47,957 nt of DNA from Octopus bimaculoides (Eukaryota). Each line of letters starts with the position of its first letter. The first letter of the stretch is position 1. The stretch covers positions 59,094,505-59,142,461 of the forward strand of contig NC_068983.1 in assembly GCF_001194135.2 (NCBI RefSeq), read 5' to 3'. Shown here piece by piece: positions 35,681 through 47,496 of the stretch. The notes under the pieces were generated by a model. That model made no database searches and was not told where the DNA came from. It worked only from the letters and a program-made list of their open reading frames with translations. A program made the translations under genes and the position numbers.

Positions 35681-36618
35681 TATTTCTAAGTCTCTCTAAA
35701 GGAGACTACGGCAGCGGTACTGGAAATTAATAGTTATCGCCAAGCCAACATGGCAGTCCCAAAATTAGTACGAAAGCTGCCGTGAATTAGCTCCAAGAAG
35801 CCATCGCCTCTAGCTAGCTATGTGACACACGAAACCTGTGTCCTTTATAACCTTCGAACAGGGGAGGTCAGCAGTGTCCCCCTGCTGGTTTGGCATCTGC
35901 AGACTAGTTTCAGGGTGTTGCCCCTTGTCAATGCAGAGCAGCCAAGCCCTAGCCAGGCGGCGCTGCTGACTATCTGCTCGAAGGTTATTTATCTAATTTC
36001 AGTGGAATCTATCCACTGGTTTTCNNNNNNNNNNNNNNNNNNNNNNNNNNNNNNNNNNNNNNNNNNNNNNNNNNNNNNNNNNNNNNNNNNNNNNNNNNNN
36101 NNNNNNNNNNNNNNNNNNNNNNNNNNNNNNNNNNNNNNNNNNNNNNNNNNNNNNNNNNNNNNNNNNNNNNNNNNNNNNNNNNNNNNNNNNNNNNNNNNNN
36201 NNNNNNNNNNNNNNNNNNNNNNNNNNNNNNNNNNNNNTGGCTTGGCGATAACTATTAATTTCCAGTACCGCTGCCGTAGTCTCCTTTAGAGAGACTTAGA
36301 AATATTAATAACTCTATTTCTGAAAACCAGTGGATAGATTCCACTGAAATTAGATAAATAACCTTCGAGCAGATAGTCAGCAGCGCCGCCTGGCTAGGGC
36401 TTGGCTGCTCTGCATTGACAAGGGGCAACACCCTGAAACTAGTCTGCAGATGCCAAACCAGCAGGGGGACACTGCTGACCTCCCCTGTTCGAAGGTTATA
36501 AAGGACACAGGTTTCGTGTGTCACATAGCTAGCTAGAGGCGATGGCTTCTTGGAGCTAATTCACGGCAGCTTTCGTCCTAATTTTGGGACTGCCATGTTG
36601 GCTTGGCGATAACTATTA

Positions 36619-36621
<3 letters not shown>
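35681..36621. repeat. Inverted array of a 361-bp highly structured tandem unit inserted in an (ATT)n tract
   Basis: 35725-36024 is the reverse complement of 36322-36621 (1 substitution seen). 36238-36304 is the reverse complement of 35681-35747. A 17-nt junction at 36305-36321 completes the unit. Confidence 0.9.
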
Positions 36622-36653
<32 letters not shown>

Positions 36654-36921
36654 AGTGCCACTGAAATACTGGGGTAAATGCAAACGACTAAGCTACCTAC
36701 CCTTACTCCCTGTAATATTGCTGGCCTTGTGCCAAAATTTGAAGCAATCGTTAGTGCTTAATCTACTCACCAATTTTCTATTTAATAGATATACATATAA
36801 GCAGTAACAGATACAAAGAATTTTCTTTTGAGAGACTATTAACCGAAATAAATTTGATTGGTTACTGCCTTTTCCATTTCTACTAATACTAAACCACCAT
36901 GGGAAATAGAGAAGCTGCAAT

Positions 36922-36956
<35 letters not shown>

Positions 36957-37099
36957 CTTGTACACAAGCACACTTCTACAAACACATACACCAACACCAT
37001 TAAATTAACTGATCAATAAACACATAACAGATTATGCCTTCATTGTTCTTTGGCAGTTTCCAAAGTTAAAATTAGTGTCAAAAGAACAGAGAAGTCAGC

Positions 37100-37131
<32 letters not shown>

Positions 37132-37447
37132 CCATTTTAACAATCAGTTTTTCTTGCTTGCATGGGTCACCTGTTTCCAAGCGAGGTAATATTTCCCCAT
37201 GGCCTGACATGTTTTTGTGGAACACTGAAAACTAAAGATACTGCCCGTAGGACAGTGATGCTTGGTTACTAACACACACACATACATACAGCTTTTTTCA
37301 ATTTCCATTTACCATTTCCACTTACAAGGCTTTCATCAGCCCATGGCTACAGTAGAAGAATTTACCCAAAGTGCCATGATTCTGCACAGTTAAGAAGAAT
37401 ATCTCCATAGATTTTTACCTACCACTGGAAAAGCTGAAAGAAATACC

Positions 37448-37611
37448 AGAGTGGCTGTGTGGTAAGTAGCTTGCTTACCAACCACAAGGTTCCAGGTTCA
37501 ATCCTACTGCAGGGCACCTTGGGCAAGTGTCTTCTGCTATAGCCTCGGGCTGACCAAAGCCTTGTGAGTGGATTTAGTAGATGGAAACTGAAAGAAGCCC
37601 GTCGTATATAT

Positions 37612-37657
<46 letters not shown>

Positions 37658-37880
37658 TTGTGTGTGTGTTTGTCCCCCACCACCACCACCACCACCACCA
37701 TTGCTTGACAACTGATGTTGGTGTTTTTATATCCCTGTAACATAGCGGTTTTGTAAAAAGAGACTGATGGAATAAGTACTAGGCTTACAAAGAATAAGTC
37801 CTGGGGAGGGGGCGATTTGTTCGACTAAGGGGATTGCTCCAGCATGGCAGCAGGTCAAATCACAGAAACAAATAAAAGAA
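37448..37880 (+). mobile_element. Near full-length family A SINE
   Basis: Head, CORE-like region, (TG)n, (CAC)n and tail. Confidence 0.88.
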
Positions 37881-37907
37881 TAACCATACTGTCCAATGTG
37901 CAAAAGA

Positions 37908-37909
37908 AC

Positions 37910-37975
<66 letters not shown>
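37908..37975. repeat. (AGT)n microsatellite
   Basis: Direct reading of the tract. Confidence 0.97.
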
Positions 37976-37976
<1 letters not shown>

Positions 37977-38894
37977 ACAACAACAACAATCAAAAGGAAA
38001 CAGCTACACACACAAACACACAGGAATTCATTATTGTGAAAGAGGTAAAATACTTGATATTTATGCTTGGAGATGCAAACAGTAAACATGTCCTCCTCCT
38101 CATCATCCTCATCCTCCCTCCCTCCCTCCCTCATAAAACAAACTAGTAAAATGCAGACAGCTAAATGTTAAATGGGACTATCTATTCATCTTGGTGATAA
38201 AAGACATTGAAGAACATAAGGTTTACGTTATTGACAGATAGTAGCAAAGTCTGAAATGGCTGATTTCAACATTTGAAACCATTAAAGAGTCTGTAATAAA
38301 AACAAATTAATATGATTCTCCCAAGGAAGAAGTTATTTCAAATACAATTTCTTATGGATATAGAATCTTCCATGATATAAGACTACTGGGAATGGTACTA
38401 GTGAATCCTCTGCCAAGGAATAATATTAATTTGTCATGAGGTTATCAAAGACTATAATAAGATTTGACATACTCTGTTGCAGTTCTTTGCATAGATCACT
38501 GGTTTGGTAAAAGGAAGAGAAAAGAAAAAGAATCATGAGAAATGGAAAGTTGTCTTTTATTCATCACAAAAGACTTTGGAACGTTTTATCAAATTTTTTT
38601 TCTTGGCAAATAAATCTTTCTCTTCTCAGTACCAAAGAAATATTAACATCTGAGAGGCAACAAGAAGACAATAAAATTTGTCCGGACAACATATTTTATT
38701 GTTGGTACTAGCTAATACTAGGAGATAGAAGGGGGTTGATAGAAGATAAGTAGAAAATAGATGAGAAGTAGAAATAGAAGACAACTGAAAATTAGAGTAG
38801 TAGTAGAAGAGGGAAGAATTAGTAGAAACAGATAGACGTTATAGTGACTGAATGTATAAACTATTTATTTATAAACTACCGAACTAGTGAATCA

Positions 38895-39300
38895 TCATCA
38901 TCATCCTCATTGTTTAACGTCCACCTTCCATGCTAGCATGGGTTGGACGAATTGACTGAGGACTGGTGAACCAGAAGGTTACACCAGGCTCCAATCTGAT
39001 CTGGCAGAGTTTCAACAGCTGGATGCCCTTCCTAATGCCAACCACTCTGAGAGTGTAATGGGTGCTTTTACATGCCACCGGCACGAGGGCCAGTCAGGCG
39101 GTACTGGCAACGGCCACACTCAAAAAGGTGCTTTTTACGTGCCACCTGCACAGGAGCCAGTCCAGTGGCACTGGCAACAATCTCGCTCAAATGTTTTTCA
39201 TGTGCCACTGGCACAAGTGCCAGTAAGGCGACGCTGGTAACGATCATGCTCAAACGGTGCTATTTACGTGTCACTGGCACAGACGCCAGACAGCTGCTTT
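38895..39300 (-). mobile_element. Family C repeat
   Basis: Same consensus as 20468-21015. Confidence 0.88.
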
Positions 39301-39329
39301 GTTGTTCAAGGATTTAAAAACAAAATGTT

Positions 39330-39515
39330 AGAAAAATAAACAAATATAGGTGACTGACCAGTTTGTGTTGGTCACCATTGAGACCTCGGATGTTCTTGGA
39401 CCCTACACTGCCAATTTCCTCAGCAAAATTGGGATAATTGCAGCCCATCTGAGAGATGAACTGGCCATTCTTTGCAACAACGTCTTTGTAATCATGTCCA
39501 TGAGGTTCAGCTGAA
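39330..39515 (+). pseudogene. Decayed restriction-like endonuclease C-terminus of a CRE-like non-LTR retrotransposon
   Basis: KYR*L / DQFVLVTIETSDVLGPYTANFLSKIGIIAAH / LQQRL resembles the CRE/RLE pattern KxxKYxxLxxxxxFVPVAxETxGxWGxxAxxFLxxLG...LxQRLS. Confidence 0.6.
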
Positions 39516-42299
39516 CATGTCATTTGTTATGGGGTGTCTGACCTGTTACTCCCTCCACTCCCACCTTCTGCAGCTTAACCACCCCCACCTTTGTTTTTGT
39601 TTCCTTGGTGAGTTAGTTATAAGGATGGTGTGGGAGTCTTGATTTCTAATGTTTTTTCTTTCTTTACTCCCTGTAAAGATGTTAGAACTACATAAGATAT
39701 CTGATGTTAAAGCTGTGAAAAGTTTTCAAAACAGTGAAAATTTCTAGATCAAGGTACTTTGAATTGTCACCCTTTGAAACATGTAAGGAACTATATTATT
39801 ACGTTTTTTAGTGTTAACATATTCAATGCAGAGAACATGAAAGAAACTCACAAGAAATATTTGTGTAATGAAACAATATCAAAACTAATCACTGATTAAT
39901 ATTATTTTAATTATTTTGGAAAATAGAAGTAAATCTGGCTATGTTTCAGTTTTATTATGACCTCATCAGCAAACGATAGACTATAACATACCTGTCATAG
40001 AGGTAATGAAATGTCAAAGTCAACATAAAATAATATAGTTGTTACCATAGTAAAACCTAAAACTAATCAGAAAATAAAATAACTCAAGGAAGGAAGGTCA
40101 TGGCTGTATTAGCATCAAAAGGGTTGAAGAAGCAAAAATGATTAATTACAGATTTAGTTTCAACATCAAATTCATTTGAAACAAGAAAAAAAAAATTCGC
40201 TTAGCAGGAAACGGATAACAACATAATTTTGAGGAAGCATCATTTATGCTAACAAGGACATCCAAGTATAGCCCAAACAGTTTTCAAAAAGATTTCTAGA
40301 ACTATCCATTCTGATCTTAATACACTGGAAATGCTATATAGATATATTACTTGCTAGCAAGGACACAGTATTTTGTTTTGCAGCCATAATATACAACCAA
40401 ATATTTTAAAGGTTAACAAGTCAATATTGTGTCTTTTGTGTTCTCATTTTTTAAAAGTTCATCTCTGTAGATTTTCTAGAGTGCAAAGCCAGTACTGATA
40501 AGCTTTCAAAAGTGATTCTACAGAGAATATATTTTTGTCTATATATCACTCAACCAGTGCTGACCTAGCACATAAATAGCTATTGAACATTTTTCCAGTC
40601 AGGTTTCACAACTACTTGTATCTGAAGAGTAAACCAATGAATTATAGAAACATTGAAAGCAGCTGACTTCATTAAAGTCCTGAGTTTGTCCTATAACAAT
40701 ATAAAAACTAGTTTCTCTTATGCATTCCTTTCCGCTTCACCCTACACTAAGTTTCTTTTCATTTGTGTATTTTATTTTCATTTAGCATCACCAGTTTCCC
40801 ATGTTTTCATGGTTCAGGCAAAATTTTTTGAAGTACATTTTTGTATGGTCAGATGCCTTTCCTGTCACCAACATTCACTTGTTTCTATGCATTATACTTC
40901 CCAAAGACCAGACATATTTTCCACAGAAGACTTGGAAATGAACAACATCACTTGTATGATGGTAATGCTCGTTTACAACCATCACAAGATGTCAAGACAA
41001 AGCTACACACAAATGAACACATATTTATGAAGGGCATCTCTTAGTTCCCGTTTACCAAATCCAGTCATAAGGCTTCGATGGGCCAAGGGATATAGTAGAA
41101 GACACTAGTCCAAGGTACCACACAGTGTGGAACATGGTTGGGAAGCAACGGTTTTAACCACACAGTCATGTCTGTGCCTCCAGATATCAAATTATTATAA
41201 TCAAAATAATCCATCATTTTTGTGGACATGTGGTTAATGTCTCACTATAGTGACTAATGCAGTCATTCAACTGACTTCTATGAATTAAAAATCTGTTGTT
41301 CTCATAAGAGTTAAAATCATAGGAAGAGAGAAAGCTTAATTGCTATTGAGAGCAGTAGGATTTTAAGTATATTTTATCAGCTAAATCTATCTACTACATT
41401 CTGAGTGCTTCCAGGAAATAATATGTCTATTTTGCCCAAGATAAGAGAAAAATATGGTTCACTGTATATGAATATAAATATATCAATACTTACTGGCTGA
41501 AACAGGTTTTCATATTGGCTGTAAAAAAAATATTGTATTACTTTTGTGAGAGATGGATATGAAGAAAAATCATGACACAACCAACAGAATATTATCTAAA
41601 CTTACATTCATAATATCACAAATACATATTCAGATACACACACATATATATACATATAAATATACATGTGTATTTGTACAGAGAAGGAGAAGGAAATCAG
41701 GAGAGAGAGAGACTGAGATGTTTATCTACAAGAAAATAGGCTATTTTTCAAACTCTTGCATGGACAAAGGAAGGAATTTACTCAATGTAATTTCATTATG
41801 AACCTTATGATTGAGTGGGTATACTTCTAAATTACTAATATAAATGTTTGTCTTGTCAAGAAATCTACTATGTGTGTGTGAGAGAGAGAGAGAGAGGGAC
41901 GGATGGAGGCAAAGTATATAATTGTGTTTGCTTCTGTATAAAGTAGCTGTAAAAGTGACAAGGACTTCCACATGATATCTGCAAAGCATTTGTTAACAAG
42001 CATCTAATTTTAAGTTACTTGTTCCAAGGGGGGGGGGTGCAAAAAAATACTGAAGACTTGAGAGGGAAATAACAGAAGTGAACTACACTGAATTTTTTTT
42101 TATATTTCTATCTTTAACAGATAATATATGAGCCACAATACCAGTTATGTCCAAATAAGACTCACCATTAGATAAAGAAAAAAGGGTGAATTTAGGAATC
42201 TAGCATTCTAAAAGTAATTTTTTAAAGTGAAGTTTAGCAGTTTTGTTTCTTTTTTTTTTTTTAAATAGTAAATATGTTTCTATTTAACCATCCCTTCAC

Positions 42300-42490
42300 A
42301 CTGCTTTACCCTTTGGCTAAGATCAAAGTGTAGTATTTGTTCTTGCCAGTTTAATATCTGATATGGTCCCATGTTGGGGGCCATCAATATTAAACTGATT
42401 TTTACAACAGGGCAAAGAGTTAGGGGCTTGCTCTGCTTTTACTACAGGTTGGCCTGGTATTGCAGTACTTCCAGGATTCAGTCAATCTCC
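42300..42490 (+). pseudogene. U2 snRNA retro-pseudogene, near full length
   Basis: TTTGGCTAAGATCAAAGTGTAGTA (branch-point recognition intact), GTTTAATATCTGATA, TAGGGGCTTGCTC and CCTGGTATTGCAGTACTTCCAGG match invertebrate-type U2. The 5' stem I and Sm site (ATTTTTA) are altered. Flanked by a 19-bp direct repeat. Confidence 0.92.
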
Positions 42491-42734
42491 TATCTGAAGG
42501 ATAGAAATTAATCATCCCTTCACACTTCTCATTTATAGTGTCCCAAGGGTGTGCAAAATATGGGATATAATTAGTTGGGTAAGAAATGAGGAGGACATTT
42601 ATTTTTTTTTTTGTTCCATTTTGTATTTCAAAGCTGCCAAGCTCTGATATGCAGAGTTAAGTTCAAATTTAAACAATTCATTACTTAAAAAACAATGGAC
42701 TATGCCAATGATTTCCAGCCATTTTTTACATATG

Positions 42735-43005
42735 TTGCCAGTGGCACTGGACTGGCTCCTGTGCAGGTGGCACGTAAAAACCTTTTTGAGTGTGGCCGTT
42801 GCCAGTACCATGTGACTGGCCCTTGTGCCGGTGGCATGTAAAAGCACCCACTACACTCTTGGAGTGGTTGGCATTAGGAAGGGCATCCAGCTGTAGAAAC
42901 TCTGCCAAATCAGATTGGAGCCTGGTGTAGCTATCTGGTTCACCAGTTCTCAGTCAAATCGTCCAACCCATGCTAGCATGGAAAGCGGACGTTAAACGAT
43001 GATGA
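42735..43005 (+). mobile_element. Family C repeat, sense orientation with (GAT)n tail
   Basis: GGAAGGGCATCCAGCTGTAGAAAC...CCCATGCTAGCATGGAAAGCGGACGTTAAACGATGATGA. Confidence 0.9.
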
Positions 43006-43574
43006 GACCCCTTTGATTCCTATTTCACTTCTTTAGACCCTCATAATCATTCCTGTTTAAAAAAATCCAACTATATTTTTATAATTAAACAGCATTATGA
43101 ATTTCATTAAATATTTTGTGTGTTGTAGAAATATAACCAATTTATTGCAGATAAACTTTAACAACAAAATCTCATATGGGCCCCTTAAGGGCTATATGGA
43201 CCCTGGTTGAGAACCACTGAACCATACGAAGTTGAGGTACTGTAAATTCATTGGAATAAAAACAAAGTCTTTATTGGTTCCCTAAAAACTAATGGATTAT
43301 AGGATTGATTACCACCATCATAATTAATAACTAATGCATGCATTGCTCATGCATTATCAAAGGATAAAATATAAAAAAAAACAACTGTCACATTGCGTTA
43401 ATCTACAAGAAGTTATTTGAAAACATTGAAGGCATTCTATTTCCAATTGCCTTTCTTTTGATTAATATTTAATTTTATTTCTTCTTTAGAATCCATTTAT
43501 CTATCAAATTTGTTAATTTTAAAGTCTCTTTCAGATCAAAATAATTTCAATAATTCCAAATTATTATATTCACT

Positions 43575-43618
<44 letters not shown>

Positions 43619-44809
43619 GTATTTATCATGTTTCTTTCTTCTTTTAATTTTTGAAGTGGGTGTGGGTGTGAGGGAAATTTCATGAATTATATTTTTATTA
43701 AAATTCAATAATTTACAACATCAATGTCACAAATAATTCAATTCTCATCTTTCAAACGTTTATTATTTTAATTCTAATTTATACTTTGTACCCCCACTTC
43801 TCTTGTCCTCTCTCTTTCTCCCTTTCTCCGCTTCAATCGCTTGGTCTCGCTCTTTGTTGAATTCTCTTCTCTCATTTGTTATCTTCAAAATATACCTGTC
43901 ATTTTTCATTGCTTTAATTTATTTATAGATGTCAAACTCATTCAATGTCTACATTGGAATTCCAGCAGAGTTATTGTCTGTTAGTTCTTTTCAAGAAGAC
44001 CCACCATCCCCACTTTGGCATGCAAGGAACATTGTAGAATACACCTTCTTTGCAACATTTGTTATGGTTTTATAAATGAAACCAGCATATTACTGCTTTA
44101 AATGGCTGAAAGACAAAAAGTAAAAATGAAGAAATATGTACAGACCAAAGAGACAATCTTATAAACAATTCTTTGCTAGATAGAATTTATGAAAATCTGA
44201 AGTTCTCAAATAAAAAAGAAAAAAAAAGGTAACCACAAAATAAGAAGAATGACTGAACATTTTCCACAACCAATTTATTAGGAAATATGAACATTAGAAT
44301 CAATGATATTTCTATTCTCATTTTAATGCAAACCCTCTATTTTCTCTAGAAAAATCTACCCTGGTAAGGTATATATTTCTTAGTTCTTATGCTTGGTCGC
44401 CATTGTTGTTGCTTAACTGCAGGTCAACCCCATTCAAGTTGATCATCCTGTTTCTGTTTAATAGATGTCCCTAATAATGCATTATCCTGAATGTATAAGT
44501 CTTCATCTCTTTTTTAAGATGGCAAGGTAGAAAAAAACAAAAGATTCAGCTACTTCTTTTGCAAGTAGAGCGAGTCCTACCACCACCATCATTCTTTTAA
44601 GTTTGGTACATTAAATGATTTATTATTTTGTAGTCTAAAACCTCTTGATTTTAAGTTCAAACCTCACATGCTTCTTCTTGAGCTTAAAACTTTGTTTAGT
44701 CAATCAAAGAACACAAATTATATTGGGAGAATAATTCAAGAGAAGATGGATGCCATATCTGGACTTGAGTAAATAATTAAATACAGAAGAATTTCTGAGT
44801 TGCTTTCGA

Positions 44810-45091
44810 CAATGAACTGATCAATCCCACTGCAAGACCACATAGGCAAGGGTCTTGTATAACCCTAGATTGAGAAAAGCCTTGAGTAGATTTAGTAAAT
44901 GGAAACTGAAAGAACCCCGTCATATATAATGTGCAGAAATGGCTGCATGTTAAGGAGTTTCCTTGCCAACTACATGGTTCCAGATTCAATCCCACTTCAT
45001 GGCACCTTGGGCAAGTGTCTTTTACTATAGTTCCAAGGCTGATCAATGCCTTGTAAATGGATTTGGTAGACCAAAACTAAAGGAAGACCAT

Positions 45092-45126
<35 letters not shown>

Positions 45127-45290
45127 GTGTTTCCTTGCCTCACTGCCATGATATAAACAAGACTGCACATCTCACAAATGGTGTCAATTTCTTCTAGGCT
45201 TCTCTGAGACATGTCCAGTCAGGGAGAAAATTAACCTCACTTGGAAGCGGGTTGATGAGCACAAGGAAGGGCCATAGAAAACTTACAGTT
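44810..45290 (+). mobile_element. Two decayed family A heads, the second joined through (TG)n to an RTE-type tail (family D)
   Basis: CORE-like GGCAAGTGTCTT segments, then ACATGTCCAGTCAGGGAGAAAATTAACCTCACTTGGAAGC...GGAAGGGCC. Similar D tails at ~15570-15765, 16960-17150, 29125-29345, 37095-37230 (-) and 40790-40950 (-). Confidence 0.55.
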
Positions 45291-45928
45291 ATAAAATGCA
45301 TATGACATATATAATCATGGAAACGTTGGCATAAAAAATGTCAATGATGATTTTATTTTCCAAAAGAATCCATTTAGTAAACATGAAAAAACTTCATATC
45401 AAATATTTACTATCTATTTTTCACTGCTTTTACTATAACCAGACCAGCTTGTAAAATTCAAGTTTATGGTAGAAAAGCTCCAATTACCTTTGTCTCTTCA
45501 AATGTGCTATTAACTAATATGAAGACAGGAGACAACATGATACATTTTCAAGCAAAAGTGCATCTTCAGCTTAGCTTGCCAAAGCAGTTACCATCAAATT
45601 GCTAAGTAAGCATTAAGAAATATGTTTTTTAGTGTAGCTTAAGTGAATTTATGAAAAATTAGATTATTGTAAAACTTGTTAATGTTGTTTTAAGCATTAA
45701 ATATGATTTCACCTAATTAACTATTGATTATCATACAGATGGCATCTCAGATTAATTTCATTATGTTCTACAATGTTCTAGATTTTGGTTAACTGCCTTT
45801 CTCTAAATTCAACTTTAATGTTATCTTGTTATATATGAGAATGCAGTTATCCATTAGTGAGACTGTTTTAAATCATTAACTTGTGGAATTTTGCATTTCA
45901 CAAAATATCAAAATTTACCATGATGCCT

Positions 45929-45970
<42 letters not shown>

Positions 45971-46420
45971 TTTGGTATAAACATTATAGAAGAAAGTGAA
46001 ATCAAAGAATTAAATTCAATCAAAACATTTATTTTGAACTGCAACAATTACACATTTCAGAAAATATAATCATATAAGAGAAAGGAATTCATAAATCTAT
46101 AACTATAAGAAGAATATGAAACAGAAGTACCATTAAACAATTCCAACACTTCTGTAGCCAGCCACTTTTAATTTATGGCTTTCATCTTAGCAAACTTTGC
46201 TGTCTTTAGAGAATGAAGAATTCAGAGGTTATCTCTCTCTAATCTTAATAACTCTTAAGGTGTAACACATCTTTTATAAAGATTATTGAAACCAAGATAA
46301 ATGTGATAAAATAAATTTTCTTTTAAGCTAGTCTTATTTTAACTCTTCTTATTGCACTTTGTGTATTTAGATATTCAAACTTCTTAGGAAATACACAAAC
46401 TATGTATATATGTATATATT

Positions 46421-46451
<31 letters not shown>

Positions 46452-47044
46452 GTTCTGTGATATAAAGATCAACAAAAAAAGTACTCCATCTGGTGAGAGA
46501 TAAATATTATTTAAAGGACACAATACTTGTTTTTAAGTGCTACTAATAGTTTCATATATATATAAAACCATCTGTGTAGCATATTAAATGGGATACACCA
46601 TTAGAAGGTATGATGGTGTGGAATTATCCAAGATAAAATCTGAACATAGATGTATGATATCATGTGATCAATCAGACTATAAGATGCTGTTATACATCGT
46701 TGGTCACAATGCGCTTTGCATCATTTTAGCTTTTGAAATGATGCTACTCGACTGGCTAGGTGTCCAGGCCAACATTTTCCCTGAGCAGAATGCCCATCCA
46801 TTGCAGAGTTACCCACTTAAAACCAAATCGACTGAAGAAGGATGAAATGAAGTGCTTTGCTCAAGAATACAACTTGTGGCTGATCTGAGAGTCAAAACCA
46901 TGATTTCATGATCATGAGTATAAACAACACCCTAATAACAAGGCCATGTACCTTCACAAAAGGTATCATCAACATCAGCATCATCAATTAATGTCCCTTT
47001 CATCAGGCTGGCATAGGCGGGATGATGTGACAAGAACAAAAGAG

Positions 47045-47144
47045 CCAGTGCTGGTGTGTTTACGTCCCCGTAACCTAGCGGTTCGGCAAAAGAACCGATA
47101 GAATAAGCAATAGGCTTACAAAGAATAAGTCCTGGGGTTGATTT
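47045..47144 (+). mobile_element. Family A SINE tail fragment, truncated at the start of an inverted repeat
   Basis: GCTGGTGTGTTTACGTCCCCG...AAGAATAAGTCCTGGGGTTGATTT, after which the normal continuation is lost. Confidence 0.85.
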
Positions 47145-47496
47145 CCTCAATTGCGGAATTACGTATATATATAAAAAAAAAATATTAAAAAAACGAAGAA
47201 TATGTATTAATACCTAATTAGCATATGTTGATAAATTAAATTAAATCACTAGCCTAATCATATCTTATTGCAGATTAATTCATAATAATATTTTGTTTGT
47301 ATTTTATTTCCATGTTTAATTTTATTTAATTTTATTTCTTATTTCATTTATTATATACGTAATGCCGCAATTGAGGAAAAAGGAGCCGTGATGTAAGGTG
47401 TTGTGTCCAGTTGTTTTACTTGTATATTGTATTATATCACTCTAAACTTTTTATGTTCTCTCTATTTTTTTTCCTTCCTCTCTATATGTAAAACAA

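Larger units (their letters stand above)
822..36237. other. Assembly gaps (12 N-runs)
   Basis: N-runs at 822-1479, 3100-3109, 6958-7488, 12641-12967, 13612-13658, 15210-15219, 19588-19948, 22945-23560, 24240-25055, 26823-26922, 32308-32317 and 36025-36237. Most abut (TA)n tracts. Confidence 0.99.

Noticed and set aside
35756-35782. GTCCCAAAATTAGGACGAAA as a Schistosoma-type hammerhead, or nearby AAGCCCTAG as pistol/twister
   Set aside because: There is no CUGANGA upstream, and the pseudoknot pairings of pistol, twister or HDV-like folds could not be built by eye.
36314-36362. CTGAAAA-ccagtgg/ccact-GAAA in the 361-bp unit as a hammerhead
   Set aside because: G8 of the core is A in both young copies and no NUH triplet adjoins stem I. 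It is noted only as a possible relic.
42300-42490. Functional U2 gene or a Utopia (U2-targeting) insertion
   Set aside because: Stem I and the Sm site are mutated and the TSD indicates a retrocopy. U2 is uninterrupted, so no element is inserted in it.
43004-43219. hAT-type MITE ending GGTTGAGAACCACTG
   Set aside because: Only one terminal repeat is visible; the left end and TSD are missing.
43916-44105. Minus-strand terminal exon (PFKAVICWFHL*) with AATAAA
   Set aside because: The acceptor is strong, but all frames close within 12 codons and no compatible upstream exon was found. There is too little support to list it.
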